Shown here piece by piece: positions 38,090 to 47,587 of a DNA stretch of 64,000 bases. The stretch covers positions 1,009 to 65,008 of IMG/VR virus record IMGVR_UViG_3300031949_000028; one strand, 5' to 3'. The stretch is from a virus (taxonomy: Duplodnaviria > Caudoviricetes). Positions within the stretch are counted from its first letter, which is position 1, and each line of letters begins with the position of its first letter. Made by a program: the position numbers and the translations under genes. The notes under the pieces are model-generated. The model worked only from the letters and a program-made list of their open reading frames with translations, made no database searches and was not told the origin of the DNA.

Positions 38090-39039
38090 TGACAACCGAA
38101 CTCAATCCACTCGGCAGCCTTTTGGGGGCTGGCGTGAAGAACATTCGCAGACCGATACCGGACGTGCCGATCGAGTCGTCGTGGCAGTCGCAGTTAGCGG
38201 CGCGGCAGAATCAGTTGGGCATGTCGCTACAGCAGGCGCTCCAAAATCAACAGTGGCAGACCGTGGCGACTGCCTCGCCAGCATTGAATCGTGACTGGTT
38301 CAATTTGCGGCGTTTCACTCCTGGCTCGGGGTCTCCTGAGTTCAGCGGGCACGGCCACTATACGGACGAGAATCGCAGGTTGATCGAGCGCTCCGTGAGC
38401 CGTTGGTACGTCGAGCAGTACGGATTCAAGCATCCACCGATTCATTGGAGGTTGTCGGGAACGCCGGAAATGTTTCGTTGGTTGGCGAAGTGCGAATGGA
38501 AGCATGACGACGTAAGGGCGTTTCTCTATCGGCACCGAGTCATCGTGCTCGTCGCGCGCCCGCAGATGATGAAGTTCGATGACGATCGCGGGCGGCTGCA
38601 CTGTGCTGACGGTCCAGCGCTTCGTTGGCCGTCAGGACGCGAGGAATTCTACATTCACGGCGCTCATGTGCCGCGCTGGATCGTTGAGCATCCAGAATGG
38701 ACGCCCATCAAGCGGATCAAGGACGAGCGCAACGCAGAGGTTCGGCGGATGTTGATCGACGGCTATATTCGTTGTCACGGTCATGGGAAATTCATCGAGA
38801 AAGTCGGTGCCGTTCTCCTCAACGAGGATTCGGTCGGTAAGCTGTGGGGCGTGAAGGGTATGTTCTGGAGCGACTACCAGCACACAATCGCCGAAGTCCT
38901 GAACAAAACACCTGAGCCGGACGGTTCGTTCAAGACGTATCACATCATCTGCCCGCCCGGCATGAGCCGATGCAAAGAGGCGATTGCCTGGACGTTCAAC
39001 ATGAGCGAGAACGAGTACGAATTAGCAGCGGAAAGCTAA
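38089..39039 (+). CDS. DUF6745-like protein
   Basis: GRLHCADGPALRWPSG..FYIHG..VP..I..ERNAEVRR; EVLNKTPEPDGSFKTY..CPP..CKEAIAWTF. Confidence 0.7.
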   Translation: MTTELNPLGSLLGAGVKNIRRPIPDVPIESSWQSQLAARQNQLGMSLQQALQNQQWQTVATASPALNRDWFNLRRFTPGSGSPEFSGHGHYTDENRRLIERSVSRWYVEQYGFKHPPIHWRLSGTPEMFRWLAKCEWKHDDVRAFLYRHRVIVLVARPQMMKFDDDRGRLHCADGPALRWPSGREEFYIHGAHVPRWIVEHPEWTPIKRIKDERNAEVRRMLIDGYIRCHGHGKFIEKVGAVLLNEDSVGKLWGVKGMFWSDYQHTIAEVLNKTPEPDGSFKTYHIICPPGMSRCKEAIAWTFNMSENEYELAAES

Positions 39040-39914
39040 TGAGCGTCGCCAAGCGGGTTCCTTTAGCGGTCTATCAGCCGATCTGGGTCAAGGGTGAGGT
39101 TTACGATCACGCTTTCCAGAGACCTTCGGCGGAGCGCTACGAGCCGATTCGGGCATTGTGTGCGAAGTTCGAGCGGCCGTTCTCGGTGTTGGACATCGGA
39201 AGCAATTACGGGTACTTCGATGTTCGGCTGATGAACGACTTTCCCGAGTGCGTGTGCGTGCTCGTGGACGACAAGACGGTCGGGCCGGTGCTCCAGGCCA
39301 ACAACGTCATGGACCGTTCCGTGGTGCTCTCTAGGAAGGTCAGTGCCGAGGTTTTGGAGTCATTGTCCCGTAGTGAGCACTTCGATGTGGTGGTGGCTTT
39401 TTCGGTGCTGCATCACTTCGATGATCCCGCGCGGGCCTTCAACGCTCTTTTGAAGTTAGGCTCCTGGGCGCTCTTTGAGATTCCTGGGGAGGATGATGTC
39501 GGGGCGGCGAATCCTGAGCTTCATGCTGGGATTCGGAAACTCTTTGAGCGCTACCTGGAAGCGGGGTATTTCCCGAGCCATGTGTCGGAGTGCCGAAGGC
39601 CCTACTACGTGATCGAGAACGCTCCGTACTTGGTCGAGCAGTCGATCGATTGTGCGGACCGAGATGCACCGGCTTATCAGAGATACCGGATCGAGACTGA
39701 CTTTAAGCGCTGCGAGTTCGTGAAGGCCGATGGCGAGAGGCGTCCCTTCGTTCCGGGGATGAACCTGCACAACTTCCGAAGGTTAGGTGGAGGTTGGCCG
39801 ACCGAGGACTTGATCCAAAAGAGCCTGGAGGAGTTTCGCGGGCATCCGGACTTCAACCCGTGGAATTTCATCGTAGGCCGCGGTCTGACGCCGATCGATG
39901 CAGGAGCCAAGTAA
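39039..39914 (+). CDS. class I SAM-dependent methyltransferase-like protein
   Basis: VLDIGSNYGYF motif I; FDVVVAFSVLHHF. Confidence 0.75.
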   Translation: MSVAKRVPLAVYQPIWVKGEVYDHAFQRPSAERYEPIRALCAKFERPFSVLDIGSNYGYFDVRLMNDFPECVCVLVDDKTVGPVLQANNVMDRSVVLSRKVSAEVLESLSRSEHFDVVVAFSVLHHFDDPARAFNALLKLGSWALFEIPGEDDVGAANPELHAGIRKLFERYLEAGYFPSHVSECRRPYYVIENAPYLVEQSIDCADRDAPAYQRYRIETDFKRCEFVKADGERRPFVPGMNLHNFRRLGGGWPTEDLIQKSLEEFRGHPDFNPWNFIVGRGLTPIDAGAK

Positions 39915-39915
39915 C

Positions 39916-40032
39916 GTGCGCAAATGGTTGGAATGGTGGCCTCTCTTGGTGTTTGGCGTGTTCTTGATCGTAATGATCTCATTGGTTGTTAGTTTTGGAG
40001 TTTTGATTTGGCGAGTTCCGCTACCGACATGA
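39916..40032 (+). CDS. 38-aa membrane peptide
   Basis: MRKWLEWWPLLVFGVFLIVMISLVVSFGVLIWRVPLPT; ATGA-coupled to the next ORF. Confidence 0.5.
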   Translation: MRKWLEWWPLLVFGVFLIVMISLVVSFGVLIWRVPLPT

Positions 40033-40300
40033 ACCGTCGCGACGTATTCAAAGCTCTATTCGGCACGGCCGTTGCTGTTGCAGTCGGTCCTGCGTTCGTT
40101 TGGCGCGAATGGACGCTCTCCGAGATCATCGCTGAGACGTTGCGCAAGAACCAACAGCACTTGTTGCGAATATGACGGCGAACAATGCGGTTCTACGCAA
40201 GCTCATGGAACGCTATCCATACGTCGAGCGCAGCGTGACGATGGTAGCAACACCGCAGAACGCGCCGTATCTGTTCGGCCCGAACCCGCCAACGATCTAG
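40029..40300 (+). pseudogene. Tat-signal peptide fused to a capsid-N-terminus-like segment, broken by a -1 frameshift near 40160
   Basis: MNRRDVFKALFGTAVAVAVGPA then LSEIIAETLRKNQQH/LVANMTANNAVLRKLMER; frame 1 stops at 40175, the -1 frame at 40300. Confidence 0.55.
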
Positions 40301-40302
40301 CC

Positions 40303-40367
40303 ATGCCCCTATACGATTCACGTGCCACAAGTGTGGCGCGACGGGCGAGTACGTTTTGAAAGTATGA
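40303..40367 (+). pseudogene. FmdB-like zinc-ribbon minigene with a 1-nt deletion
   Basis: adding one T at about 40318 gives MPLYDFTCHKCGATGEYVLKV, ending in an ATGA overlap with gmd. Confidence 0.5.
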
Positions 40368-41302
40368 GAGCGCTAATCACGGGCATTGGAGGCCAGGACG
40401 GACACTACCTCTCTAAGCATTTATTGGGTTTGGGCTATCAGGTGTTTGGCGGTTCTCGCCGCTCTAGCCATGGTGTGTTGCCTGCCGGTGTGGAGGCGGT
40501 ATCCATGGAACTCCTCGAGTACGAGTCGATCCGCAGAGCGATCGGAAAAATAGCGCCGGATGAAATCTACAACCTGGGGGCTCAGAGCCATGTGGGGGAG
40601 AGTTTCGAGAGCCCGGTTTATACGGCAGATGTTAATCACCTGGGCGTCGCCAGGCTGCTGGAGTCGATCCGAGGCACGCGAATACGCCTCTATCAAGCGT
40701 CGACCTCTGAAATGTTCGGCGGCGGAACGGGACTTACTGAGACGAGTCCTTTTGCGCCACGAAGTCCGTATGCCGTGGCAAAGCTGGCTGCGCACAGCCT
40801 TTGCGGCGTTTACCGAAAAGCTCACGGGGTCAGAGTTTCCTGCGGAATCCTTTTCAATCACGAAAGCCCGTTGAGAAGCAAGGATTTCGTCACGAGGAAG
40901 ATTTGCTACCACGTCGCTCGTGGACTGCCATTCACTCTTGGGAACATCCAAGCGCGTAGGGATTGGGGCCACGCGGCGGACTACGTGAAGGCCATGCACC
41001 TAATGTTGCAACACGAGCCGGATGATTTCGTAATCGCGACGGGGGAGAGTCATTCGGTCGCTGAATTCTTAAGCGCGGCTTCGGAGTTCACCGAGAACCT
41101 CCCCATCCCTCGATATAGCGTCGCGTCCGACATGCGTCCCTGGGACGTGGACGAGCTTTCTGGTGATGCGTCAAAGGCTCGTGAGCGATTGGGTTGGGTT
41201 CCGGAGTACGACTTCGCCGCACTCGTTAAAGAAATGATGGCCTCTGATCTCAGGGCGGCCGGATGGGCTGAGAGTGTTGAATTGGCAAGACACGTAGCGT
41301 GA
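40364..41302 (+). CDS. gmd: GDP-mannose 4,6-dehydratase
   Basis: ALITGIGGQDGHYL, PDEIYNLGAQSHVGESF, LYQASTSEMFG, PRSPYAVAKL, GILFNHESPLR..FVTRKI. Confidence 0.95.
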   Translation: MRALITGIGGQDGHYLSKHLLGLGYQVFGGSRRSSHGVLPAGVEAVSMELLEYESIRRAIGKIAPDEIYNLGAQSHVGESFESPVYTADVNHLGVARLLESIRGTRIRLYQASTSEMFGGGTGLTETSPFAPRSPYAVAKLAAHSLCGVYRKAHGVRVSCGILFNHESPLRSKDFVTRKICYHVARGLPFTLGNIQARRDWGHAADYVKAMHLMLQHEPDDFVIATGESHSVAEFLSAASEFTENLPIPRYSVASDMRPWDVDELSGDASKARERLGWVPEYDFAALVKEMMASDLRAAGWAESVELARHVA

Positions 41303-41898
41303 AACAAGTCAACGGCGACTGGTGGCCTAGTCGCGACGAGACGTGTCATCGAGTTGCGTACGAGTTTTCGGGTTGTGATCTCGCCGTCAGGAAGTGCAGC
41401 AAGCGTGATCTAGTAATTCAGGCCGGCGGATGTGTCGGTGTCTGGCCGCGGTATTTGAAAACGATCTTCTCCCGCGTGCTCACCTTCGAGCCGTCAGAGG
41501 AGAACTTCGCTCTGATGACGCGCAATTTGTCTGGACTCCAGATCGAACAGACTTTAGGCGCATTGGGCGCTAAGCATGGACTATGCGCGATCAAAACGAA
41601 CAAAAGGAACTGCGGAGACGATCAGACTCGTCCTGGGGATGATGTTCGGGTGATCGCGATCGATGAGCTTCGGGTTGATCCCGATTTGATCTATCTCGAC
41701 ATCCAAGGGGATGAGTATCCGGCACTTCTCGGGGCCAGAGAAACTCTTGCGCGTTGTTCCCCGGTGGTCGGGATCGAGTTCGATCCGAAGTGCGCTCGTC
41801 GTCACGATGTGGACGCACGCGAGTGGTTGAAGGGTGAGGGTTATAGGGAAGTGGGTCAATACAAGCAGGACTGGATTTTCGCAAAGGTGAAACCATGA
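41299..41898 (+). CDS. FkbM-family methyltransferase
   Basis: VIQAGGCVGVWP, VLTFEPSEENF, LIYLDIQGDEYPALLGARETL..CSPVVGIE. Confidence 0.85.
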   Translation: MKQVNGDWWPSRDETCHRVAYEFSGCDLAVRKCSKRDLVIQAGGCVGVWPRYLKTIFSRVLTFEPSEENFALMTRNLSGLQIEQTLGALGAKHGLCAIKTNKRNCGDDQTRPGDDVRVIAIDELRVDPDLIYLDIQGDEYPALLGARETLARCSPVVGIEFDPKCARRHDVDAREWLKGEGYREVGQYKQDWIFAKVKP

Positions 41899-42266
41899 CG
41901 ATCAGAGTGATGACTGCCGGTTCTGTGAGCGCGAACTATCACGTTCACGTTCGCCGCAGCGATACCCCTGGTAACACGTCGGTGTCGGCTGGTTACGCCA
42001 ACGAGCGCACACTGTGTATTCCGGTGATGGTTCAAGATACCCGTATCACGGTGCTTGGCACGTTCGGATCAGGTTCAGCCTCCACCGTAGTAGCTCTAGA
42101 CATCGGTCCCAACGGCTCGGCGTACATCAACCTGTTCAGTATCTCAGCTCCGTTCACGACGACGATCCCGGTGCAAGTGGATCACGTCCTGAGGTTTAGA
42201 CATTCCTACACCTCCGCGGCAGTAGCAGGAGCGTTAGGCGCATCGGTCGATGCCTGGGTCGGCTAG
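41895..42266 (+). CDS. small beta-rich hypothetical protein
   Basis: coupled ORF before terL. Confidence 0.6.
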   Translation: MTIRVMTAGSVSANYHVHVRRSDTPGNTSVSAGYANERTLCIPVMVQDTRITVLGTFGSGSASTVVALDIGPNGSAYINLFSISAPFTTTIPVQVDHVLRFRHSYTSAAVAGALGASVDAWVG

Positions 42267-44967
42267 CGCGATCAGGCTGCCCTACGTCCCGCAGCCGCGC
42301 CAAAAGGTACTACACCAGGCTGTCGCTCGAGAGATTCTTTACGGCGGACAAGCCGGAGGCGGTAAGCTAGGAGTAAGCTACTGTTTTGATTGGATTTTTC
42401 AGAAGTATCCAAACATTCAACCGCTGGAAGCTCTTGCTAAGCTGTCTGAGGTTCCAGAAGAGATCAGGGCTAAAGATTCTAAAGTTCTAGGATGGGACGG
42501 TCGCTGGCTCAGTATCTCCGAAGTCACTCCCGGAACTCGGATCATGAATCCGGACGGGCAATTTCAAGAGGTCTTGCAGGTTCATTACAACGGCACCTTA
42601 CCGTGCTCTCGGATGCATTTTGAGGACGGTTCCTCAGTCGAATGTGGAAACGAGCATCTTTGGGCCTTCTGGGAGGCGCGGTGCAATTCGCGAAAAAAGT
42701 CCAGCAATGGTGAGAACCCGGTCCATCCTGGATTAGACCCGCGAACTTGGAATCAAAATTACATCACGAGAGCCAGAGTTAGGCCGACATCCTGGCTCGC
42801 TAGCGCCCTGTCGAAGAATCGAAGATTTCTTATCCCTATCGGCAACCGGCTTCAATTTACGGGGTTGACTCGTAGCAAGCCAGATCGTGCATACCTTTAT
42901 GGACTACTGATTGGCGATGGTTGTATCGCTACTCCAGGTACACATGGAGATATTTTTCTGGGTACAGCAGACCCAGAAATCCGAGACTATGCTTTGGGTC
43001 TTTCAGAACTTAAGCCGGTTTGCTCGGTTAGGCCCAAAGACGGATTCAATAGCATCAAGTTTAGTGACAAACGATCGTGGCTGTATGGATGGGCGGCTAA
43101 TTCTGGGCTACTAGGTAAATACTCATGGGAGAAGTCTTTCCCGCTGGGCTATCTAGCGGCCAGCGTTGAATTTCGCATTGCTCTCGCCCAAGGATTGTTC
43201 GACTCTGACGGAACGGCCGGAGACGAGAAGCGCGAGGTCTCGTATACCTCTACGAGCGAAACGTTAGCCAGGCAAGTTGCTGATCTTGTCCGCACACTCG
43301 GCTATATGGCGAAGGTTAGCTCCAGGAAGCCCCTATGCACAAATTCTCCTGGTGGACCGAAACGATGTCGTGAGGCATGGACTGTATTTGTACAAGGAAA
43401 TCATCTAGAGGATTTGTTCAGGCTCGAGCGCAAGCGAGAACGTGCCGTTGTCCTTGGAGAGTTCAACGGTGGAGTTTCGTGGCCTGGAAAACGTATTGAT
43501 CGTATTGAACCAATCGGAGACCACTACGGGATTTGCATAACTGTTAGCAACCCGAATGGGCTGTACGTTACGGATGGCTACAACACCACGCACAACAGTT
43601 TTGGGTTGCGATGGGACGCAATCGACTTCTGTTTGCATCTTCCGGGGTTCTTTGCAGGCATTTTTCGCAGAACTAACCCGGAGCTCGAAGAGAATCACAT
43701 CAGCTTTATTCGAGAAGAGTTAGCGGCTCTGTCTCAGGCGTTCAAGACGCACATCGGTAAGTACAACGAGACTCGCAAGCGCGTCGAGTTCGTGAACGGG
43801 TCGCACATTCGTTTCAAGCATTTGGAGCTTGAGAAAGACGCGCACGACATTCAGGGCTGGGAGCTGCATGGGGCCTACCCCGATGAAGCGGCTCTTATGG
43901 AGCCGGGGCTGCTCGCGTATATCCGTTCGCGCATTCGCTTGGGCAGGATGCGCAATTTGTGGGAGTCGATGGCACTACAAGACCCGGCGATGCTTCCCTA
44001 CATTGCGAGAGTTCCGAGATTCGTGTTGGGCAGTAACCCTGGAGGCCCGTCGCATCACTGGCTGAAAGAGAACTTCATCGATCCAGCGCCTCCGGAGACG
44101 ATGTTCGAGATCACCACTGGAAGTGGTCGCAAGCGCACGCGGATCTTCATCCCGGCGTCGATGCGGGATAACCAATACCTCGATGAGAGTTACGAGGATC
44201 AGTTTGACGATCTCCCGGAGTGGCAGAGAAAGCAGCTCAGGGACGGGGATTGGAACACGGTTCCCGGAGCATTCTTCGATTGTTGGTCGCCGCAAAACGT
44301 CATTCGTCCGTTCGCGGTGCCGGACTACTGGACTCGCATGTGGTCCTGCGACTGGGGCTTTAGACAGCCGTTTTGGATCGGAGAATGGGTTGTCTCTGAC
44401 GGCAACCCCGTCAAGAACATGGCTGGTGAGTGGGTCACGTTTCCAGAGGAATGCATGATCCTCGTTCGCGAATGGTACGGACGGGAGAAGGGCAACAAAG
44501 GGATTCGGATGCCGGCGTACGAAGTAGGTCGTGCGCTTCGCGATTGGGCGAAGGCAGATATCAAAGTCGCAGACCCTTCGATGTGGCGATCAGACTCAGG
44601 GCCCTCTCCTGCAGAACGCATGGCACAAGCCGGTATCTATTGGACGCAGGCCGATAACGAGCGTGTTCCTGGCTGGCAGGAAATGTACGCACGCATCAAG
44701 GACGGAATGTTGTTGTCGTTCGATACCTGCAGTCACTTTTTGAGGATCATCCCGACGTTGACGCACGATGAGAAGAATCCCGAGGACGTGCTCAAGAAAG
44801 GCGAGGATCATCCGGGCGATGGCACACGCTACGCCTGCATGGGCCGTCCGTACAAAAAAGATCGTCCGAAAAAGAAGCGTTCATGGCAAGAGGAAGCGGT
44901 GAGAGTTCCGACGTTCAACGAGATCATGAATAGACGAACGCCCGCTCGTGGGCCGGAAATTATTTAG
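42250..44967 (+). CDS. terL: terminase large subunit containing an intein
   Basis: ILYGGQAGGGK/S Walker A, YPDEAA Walker B, GSNPGG motif, DWG RNase-H domain, EDHPGDGTRY. Confidence 0.95.
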   Translation: MPGSASAIRLPYVPQPRQKVLHQAVAREILYGGQAGGGKLGVSYCFDWIFQKYPNIQPLEALAKLSEVPEEIRAKDSKVLGWDGRWLSISEVTPGTRIMNPDGQFQEVLQVHYNGTLPCSRMHFEDGSSVECGNEHLWAFWEARCNSRKKSSNGENPVHPGLDPRTWNQNYITRARVRPTSWLASALSKNRRFLIPIGNRLQFTGLTRSKPDRAYLYGLLIGDGCIATPGTHGDIFLGTADPEIRDYALGLSELKPVCSVRPKDGFNSIKFSDKRSWLYGWAANSGLLGKYSWEKSFPLGYLAASVEFRIALAQGLFDSDGTAGDEKREVSYTSTSETLARQVADLVRTLGYMAKVSSRKPLCTNSPGGPKRCREAWTVFVQGNHLEDLFRLERKRERAVVLGEFNGGVSWPGKRIDRIEPIGDHYGICITVSNPNGLYVTDGYNTTHNSFGLRWDAIDFCLHLPGFFAGIFRRTNPELEENHISFIREELAALSQAFKTHIGKYNETRKRVEFVNGSHIRFKHLELEKDAHDIQGWELHGAYPDEAALMEPGLLAYIRSRIRLGRMRNLWESMALQDPAMLPYIARVPRFVLGSNPGGPSHHWLKENFIDPAPPETMFEITTGSGRKRTRIFIPASMRDNQYLDESYEDQFDDLPEWQRKQLRDGDWNTVPGAFFDCWSPQNVIRPFAVPDYWTRMWSCDWGFRQPFWIGEWVVSDGNPVKNMAGEWVTFPEECMILVREWYGREKGNKGIRMPAYEVGRALRDWAKADIKVADPSMWRSDSGPSPAERMAQAGIYWTQADNERVPGWQEMYARIKDGMLLSFDTCSHFLRIIPTLTHDEKNPEDVLKKGEDHPGDGTRYACMGRPYKKDRPKKKRSWQEEAVRVPTFNEIMNRRTPARGPEII
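42367..43596 (+). mobile_element. intein with LAGLIDADG homing endonuclease (410 aa, class-3-like)
   Basis: lies between Walker A Lys and Ser; ends TTHN/S; LAGLIDADG motifs YLYGLLIGDGC and QGLFDSDG; block B HLW, block F CITV. Confidence 0.9.
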
Positions 44968-44977
44968 GGTTCATGTT

Positions 44978-45208
44978 ATGGATCACAAAATGATGGGCGA
45001 GATTCTCCGAAGAAAGCCTCACATGGAGAACGAAGAATTAAGAGTCGGAGATAGGGTATCGGTTAAGGAAGGATCGGATCATGACTCGATGACTAAAGGG
45101 AAAAGCGGAGTTATTGAGATTGTCAGTACTAACGCATTGGGGATTAAATTCGATGGAATGAAAGAAGTTCACAAGTGGTATGTGGCCGATGAGCTGACTA
45201 AAAAATAA
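44978..45208 (+). CDS. small SH3/KOW-like protein
   Basis: LRVGDRVSVK..GKSGVIEIV..LGIKFDG. Confidence 0.55.
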   Translation: MDHKMMGEILRRKPHMENEELRVGDRVSVKEGSDHDSMTKGKSGVIEIVSTNALGIKFDGMKEVHKWYVADELTKK

Positions 45209-47289
45209 TGGAAGTTAAAGAGTTCTGGCGTCAATACGAAGTTGCCGACAAAGAGCACAAGCGATGGGAGAAGCGTGCCGACAAGGTTCTGCAGCGCTAT
45301 CGGCTTGAGACCGAGGCAGGAGATCCCACGACTGAGCCCGCGTTCAACATTCTCTGGGCGAATACGGCGGTGTTGTTGCCGAGCTATTTCTCCCAGGTTC
45401 CGACTCCCGACATCACACGGCGCTACAAAGACGACGATCCGATCGGAGCGCAGGGCTCCAAGGTCATCGAGCGCTCTCTTGAGTTCGTGTTGGACGACGG
45501 GGATTTCTACGAGTTCGGCGAAGCGTCCGTTTTGGATTACCTGCTCCCCGGACGAACGGTATGCAAGGTCCGATACGTTCCGACCTACGCACGGGTTAGA
45601 CAAGCCGTTCCCGTGGAGGCTCGCGAGCAGTTGGGGCCGGATGGCGTACCTGTTGGGTTTCAATACTTCCACGACGACGAGGAGCTTGACCCCGCGGAGG
45701 TCAAGTTCAATGAAGGCGTTGCGTTCATCGAGGTCGAGGTCGAAGAGGTCGTCGATGAGCATGTCGATATCGATCGGTGGCCGTGGAAGAACTTTCGCCA
45801 CCAGAAAGTCAAGCGGTGGAAGGATTGCGGTTGGGTCGATTACATCTCGTATCTAGATAGCGATCAGCTCAAGCGCCTATTAGGTCGCAAGGCCAAGGGT
45901 GTTGAACTCACTGTAGACGGCACCGGGAACGAGGATGGCAAGGACGACGGATTCCAGGCAACTCATGCCGAGGTTCACGAGGTTTGGTTCGCGCGCGATC
46001 GCAAGGTCCGTGTCGCGGTCAAGGGGAATCTGAAGAACTGGCTCAAGGAGATCGCCGATCCTCTGAGGCTCGATAAGTTCTATCCGACGCCGCCTCCGTT
46101 GCTCGCGATCGACACGAACGATTCGTTGCAGCCTATTCCGCTCTTTACGTTCTACCAGCATCAGGCGAACGAGCTTGATCTGATTACCAAGCGGATCGCG
46201 AAGCTCATGCGGGCTTTGAAGCTCGCGGGTCTCTACGCTGGGTCTGAAAAGGACACGCTCAAGAAGCTGTTCGAGTCCGACGAAAACGAGATGATCGCGG
46301 TCGAGGACTGGAACGCGATCAAGTCTGCTGGTGGTATCAATGGCCTCGTAGACTGGTTGCCGATCGAGCAAGTCGGCAAGGTCCTCACGGCTCTGTTCCG
46401 AGAGCGTGAGCAGATCATCTCGCAAATCTTCGAGCTCACGGGCATCGCAGATATCGAACGCGGTTCGACCGATCCCAGGGAGACGAAGGGCTCACAGGTC
46501 ATCAAGGCGCAGTTCTCCAGCCGCCGCCAGCAGAATCCGAAGCAAGAAGTGGAGCGGTATTTCCGCGACGTGCTCAGGATTGCCGCGGAGGTCATGGCCG
46601 AGCACTTCTCGACCGACACGTTGCAGAGAATGACCGGGCTTCAAATTCCTCCGGAAGTCCGGCAGCTCTTGCAAGACGAGCTGCAGCGCCAGTACCGGAT
46701 CGACATCGAGACCGATTCGACGGTGGCTCCCGATCAAGAACGTGAGCAGGCGAATATGGCGAAGGCGCTGGAAGCCGTCACGAACTATGTAGCGACCCTA
46801 GCTCCGATGGTGCAGCAGGGCACGCTCGATCAGCGTGCGGCTATTCAGTTGCTCAAGGTGTACCTGCGCAAGTTCAAGTGGGGTCGTGAGATGGAAGAGA
46901 TGCTCGAGCAGATCGAGCGCGCCCCGCCCGAGGAAAGGCCCGACCCCGAAAAGCAGAGGATGGAATTCGAGGCGAAGCTCGAGCAGCAGAAGGTTCAATC
47001 TCAGCTACAGATTGAAGCTCAGAAAGCGCAGATGGATCTGCAAAAGCAGCAGTCCGAGATGCAGCTTCGGATGCAGGAGATGCAAGCGAACCTCAGAGAA
47101 ATCCAGATGCGCATGGAGCTCGATGCTCGCAAGTCGCAACAAGAAATGTCACAGGACGCGCAGCGCCATTCGCAGGAAATGATCCAGGACCAACAGGTCC
47201 ACGAACAAGAGCTGATTCAAGCGAGGCAGTTAGCCGATGCGAAAGCGTTACAGGTACGACGCGGAAACGAAAACCGTCCTTCCACTTGA
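45208..47289 (+). CDS. portal protein (P22-like, with C-terminal Gln-rich barrel)
   Basis: position after terL; FNILWANT..P; YRIDIETDST; long C-terminal coiled coil. Confidence 0.88.
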   Translation: MEVKEFWRQYEVADKEHKRWEKRADKVLQRYRLETEAGDPTTEPAFNILWANTAVLLPSYFSQVPTPDITRRYKDDDPIGAQGSKVIERSLEFVLDDGDFYEFGEASVLDYLLPGRTVCKVRYVPTYARVRQAVPVEAREQLGPDGVPVGFQYFHDDEELDPAEVKFNEGVAFIEVEVEEVVDEHVDIDRWPWKNFRHQKVKRWKDCGWVDYISYLDSDQLKRLLGRKAKGVELTVDGTGNEDGKDDGFQATHAEVHEVWFARDRKVRVAVKGNLKNWLKEIADPLRLDKFYPTPPPLLAIDTNDSLQPIPLFTFYQHQANELDLITKRIAKLMRALKLAGLYAGSEKDTLKKLFESDENEMIAVEDWNAIKSAGGINGLVDWLPIEQVGKVLTALFREREQIISQIFELTGIADIERGSTDPRETKGSQVIKAQFSSRRQQNPKQEVERYFRDVLRIAAEVMAEHFSTDTLQRMTGLQIPPEVRQLLQDELQRQYRIDIETDSTVAPDQEREQANMAKALEAVTNYVATLAPMVQQGTLDQRAAIQLLKVYLRKFKWGREMEEMLEQIERAPPEERPDPEKQRMEFEAKLEQQKVQSQLQIEAQKAQMDLQKQQSEMQLRMQEMQANLREIQMRMELDARKSQQEMSQDAQRHSQEMIQDQQVHEQELIQARQLADAKALQVRRGNENRPST

Positions 47290-47587
47290 GCGATGGCTCG
47301 CTAAGAACGGAGATCCATCGCGCGCCAAGCATCACGTCATCGGCGATATCGATCCCTACATGCCGGTGACGGGAGACATGCAGGGCAAGTGGATCACGTC
47401 GCGCAAACAGCATCGCGAGTTCTTGAAGCGTAACAATTTAGTCGAGGTCGGAAACGAGAAGGCGTACATGACCCGCCACGGCGGCATGTCGCCTGACAAT
47501 CCGAACCTCATCAGTGACGAGAAGCACGAGGAGCAGATATGCAGGAACCTGATGGAGAGCTTGGAGCAGTTGAAGAGTCGTCGGTAG
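47237..47587 (+). CDS. conserved phage protein between portal and scaffold
   Basis: DIDPY..V..G.WITSRKQHREFLKRNNLVEVGNE. Confidence 0.7.
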   Translation: MRKRYRYDAETKTVLPLERWLAKNGDPSRAKHHVIGDIDPYMPVTGDMQGKWITSRKQHREFLKRNNLVEVGNEKAYMTRHGGMSPDNPNLISDEKHEEQICRNLMESLEQLKSRR

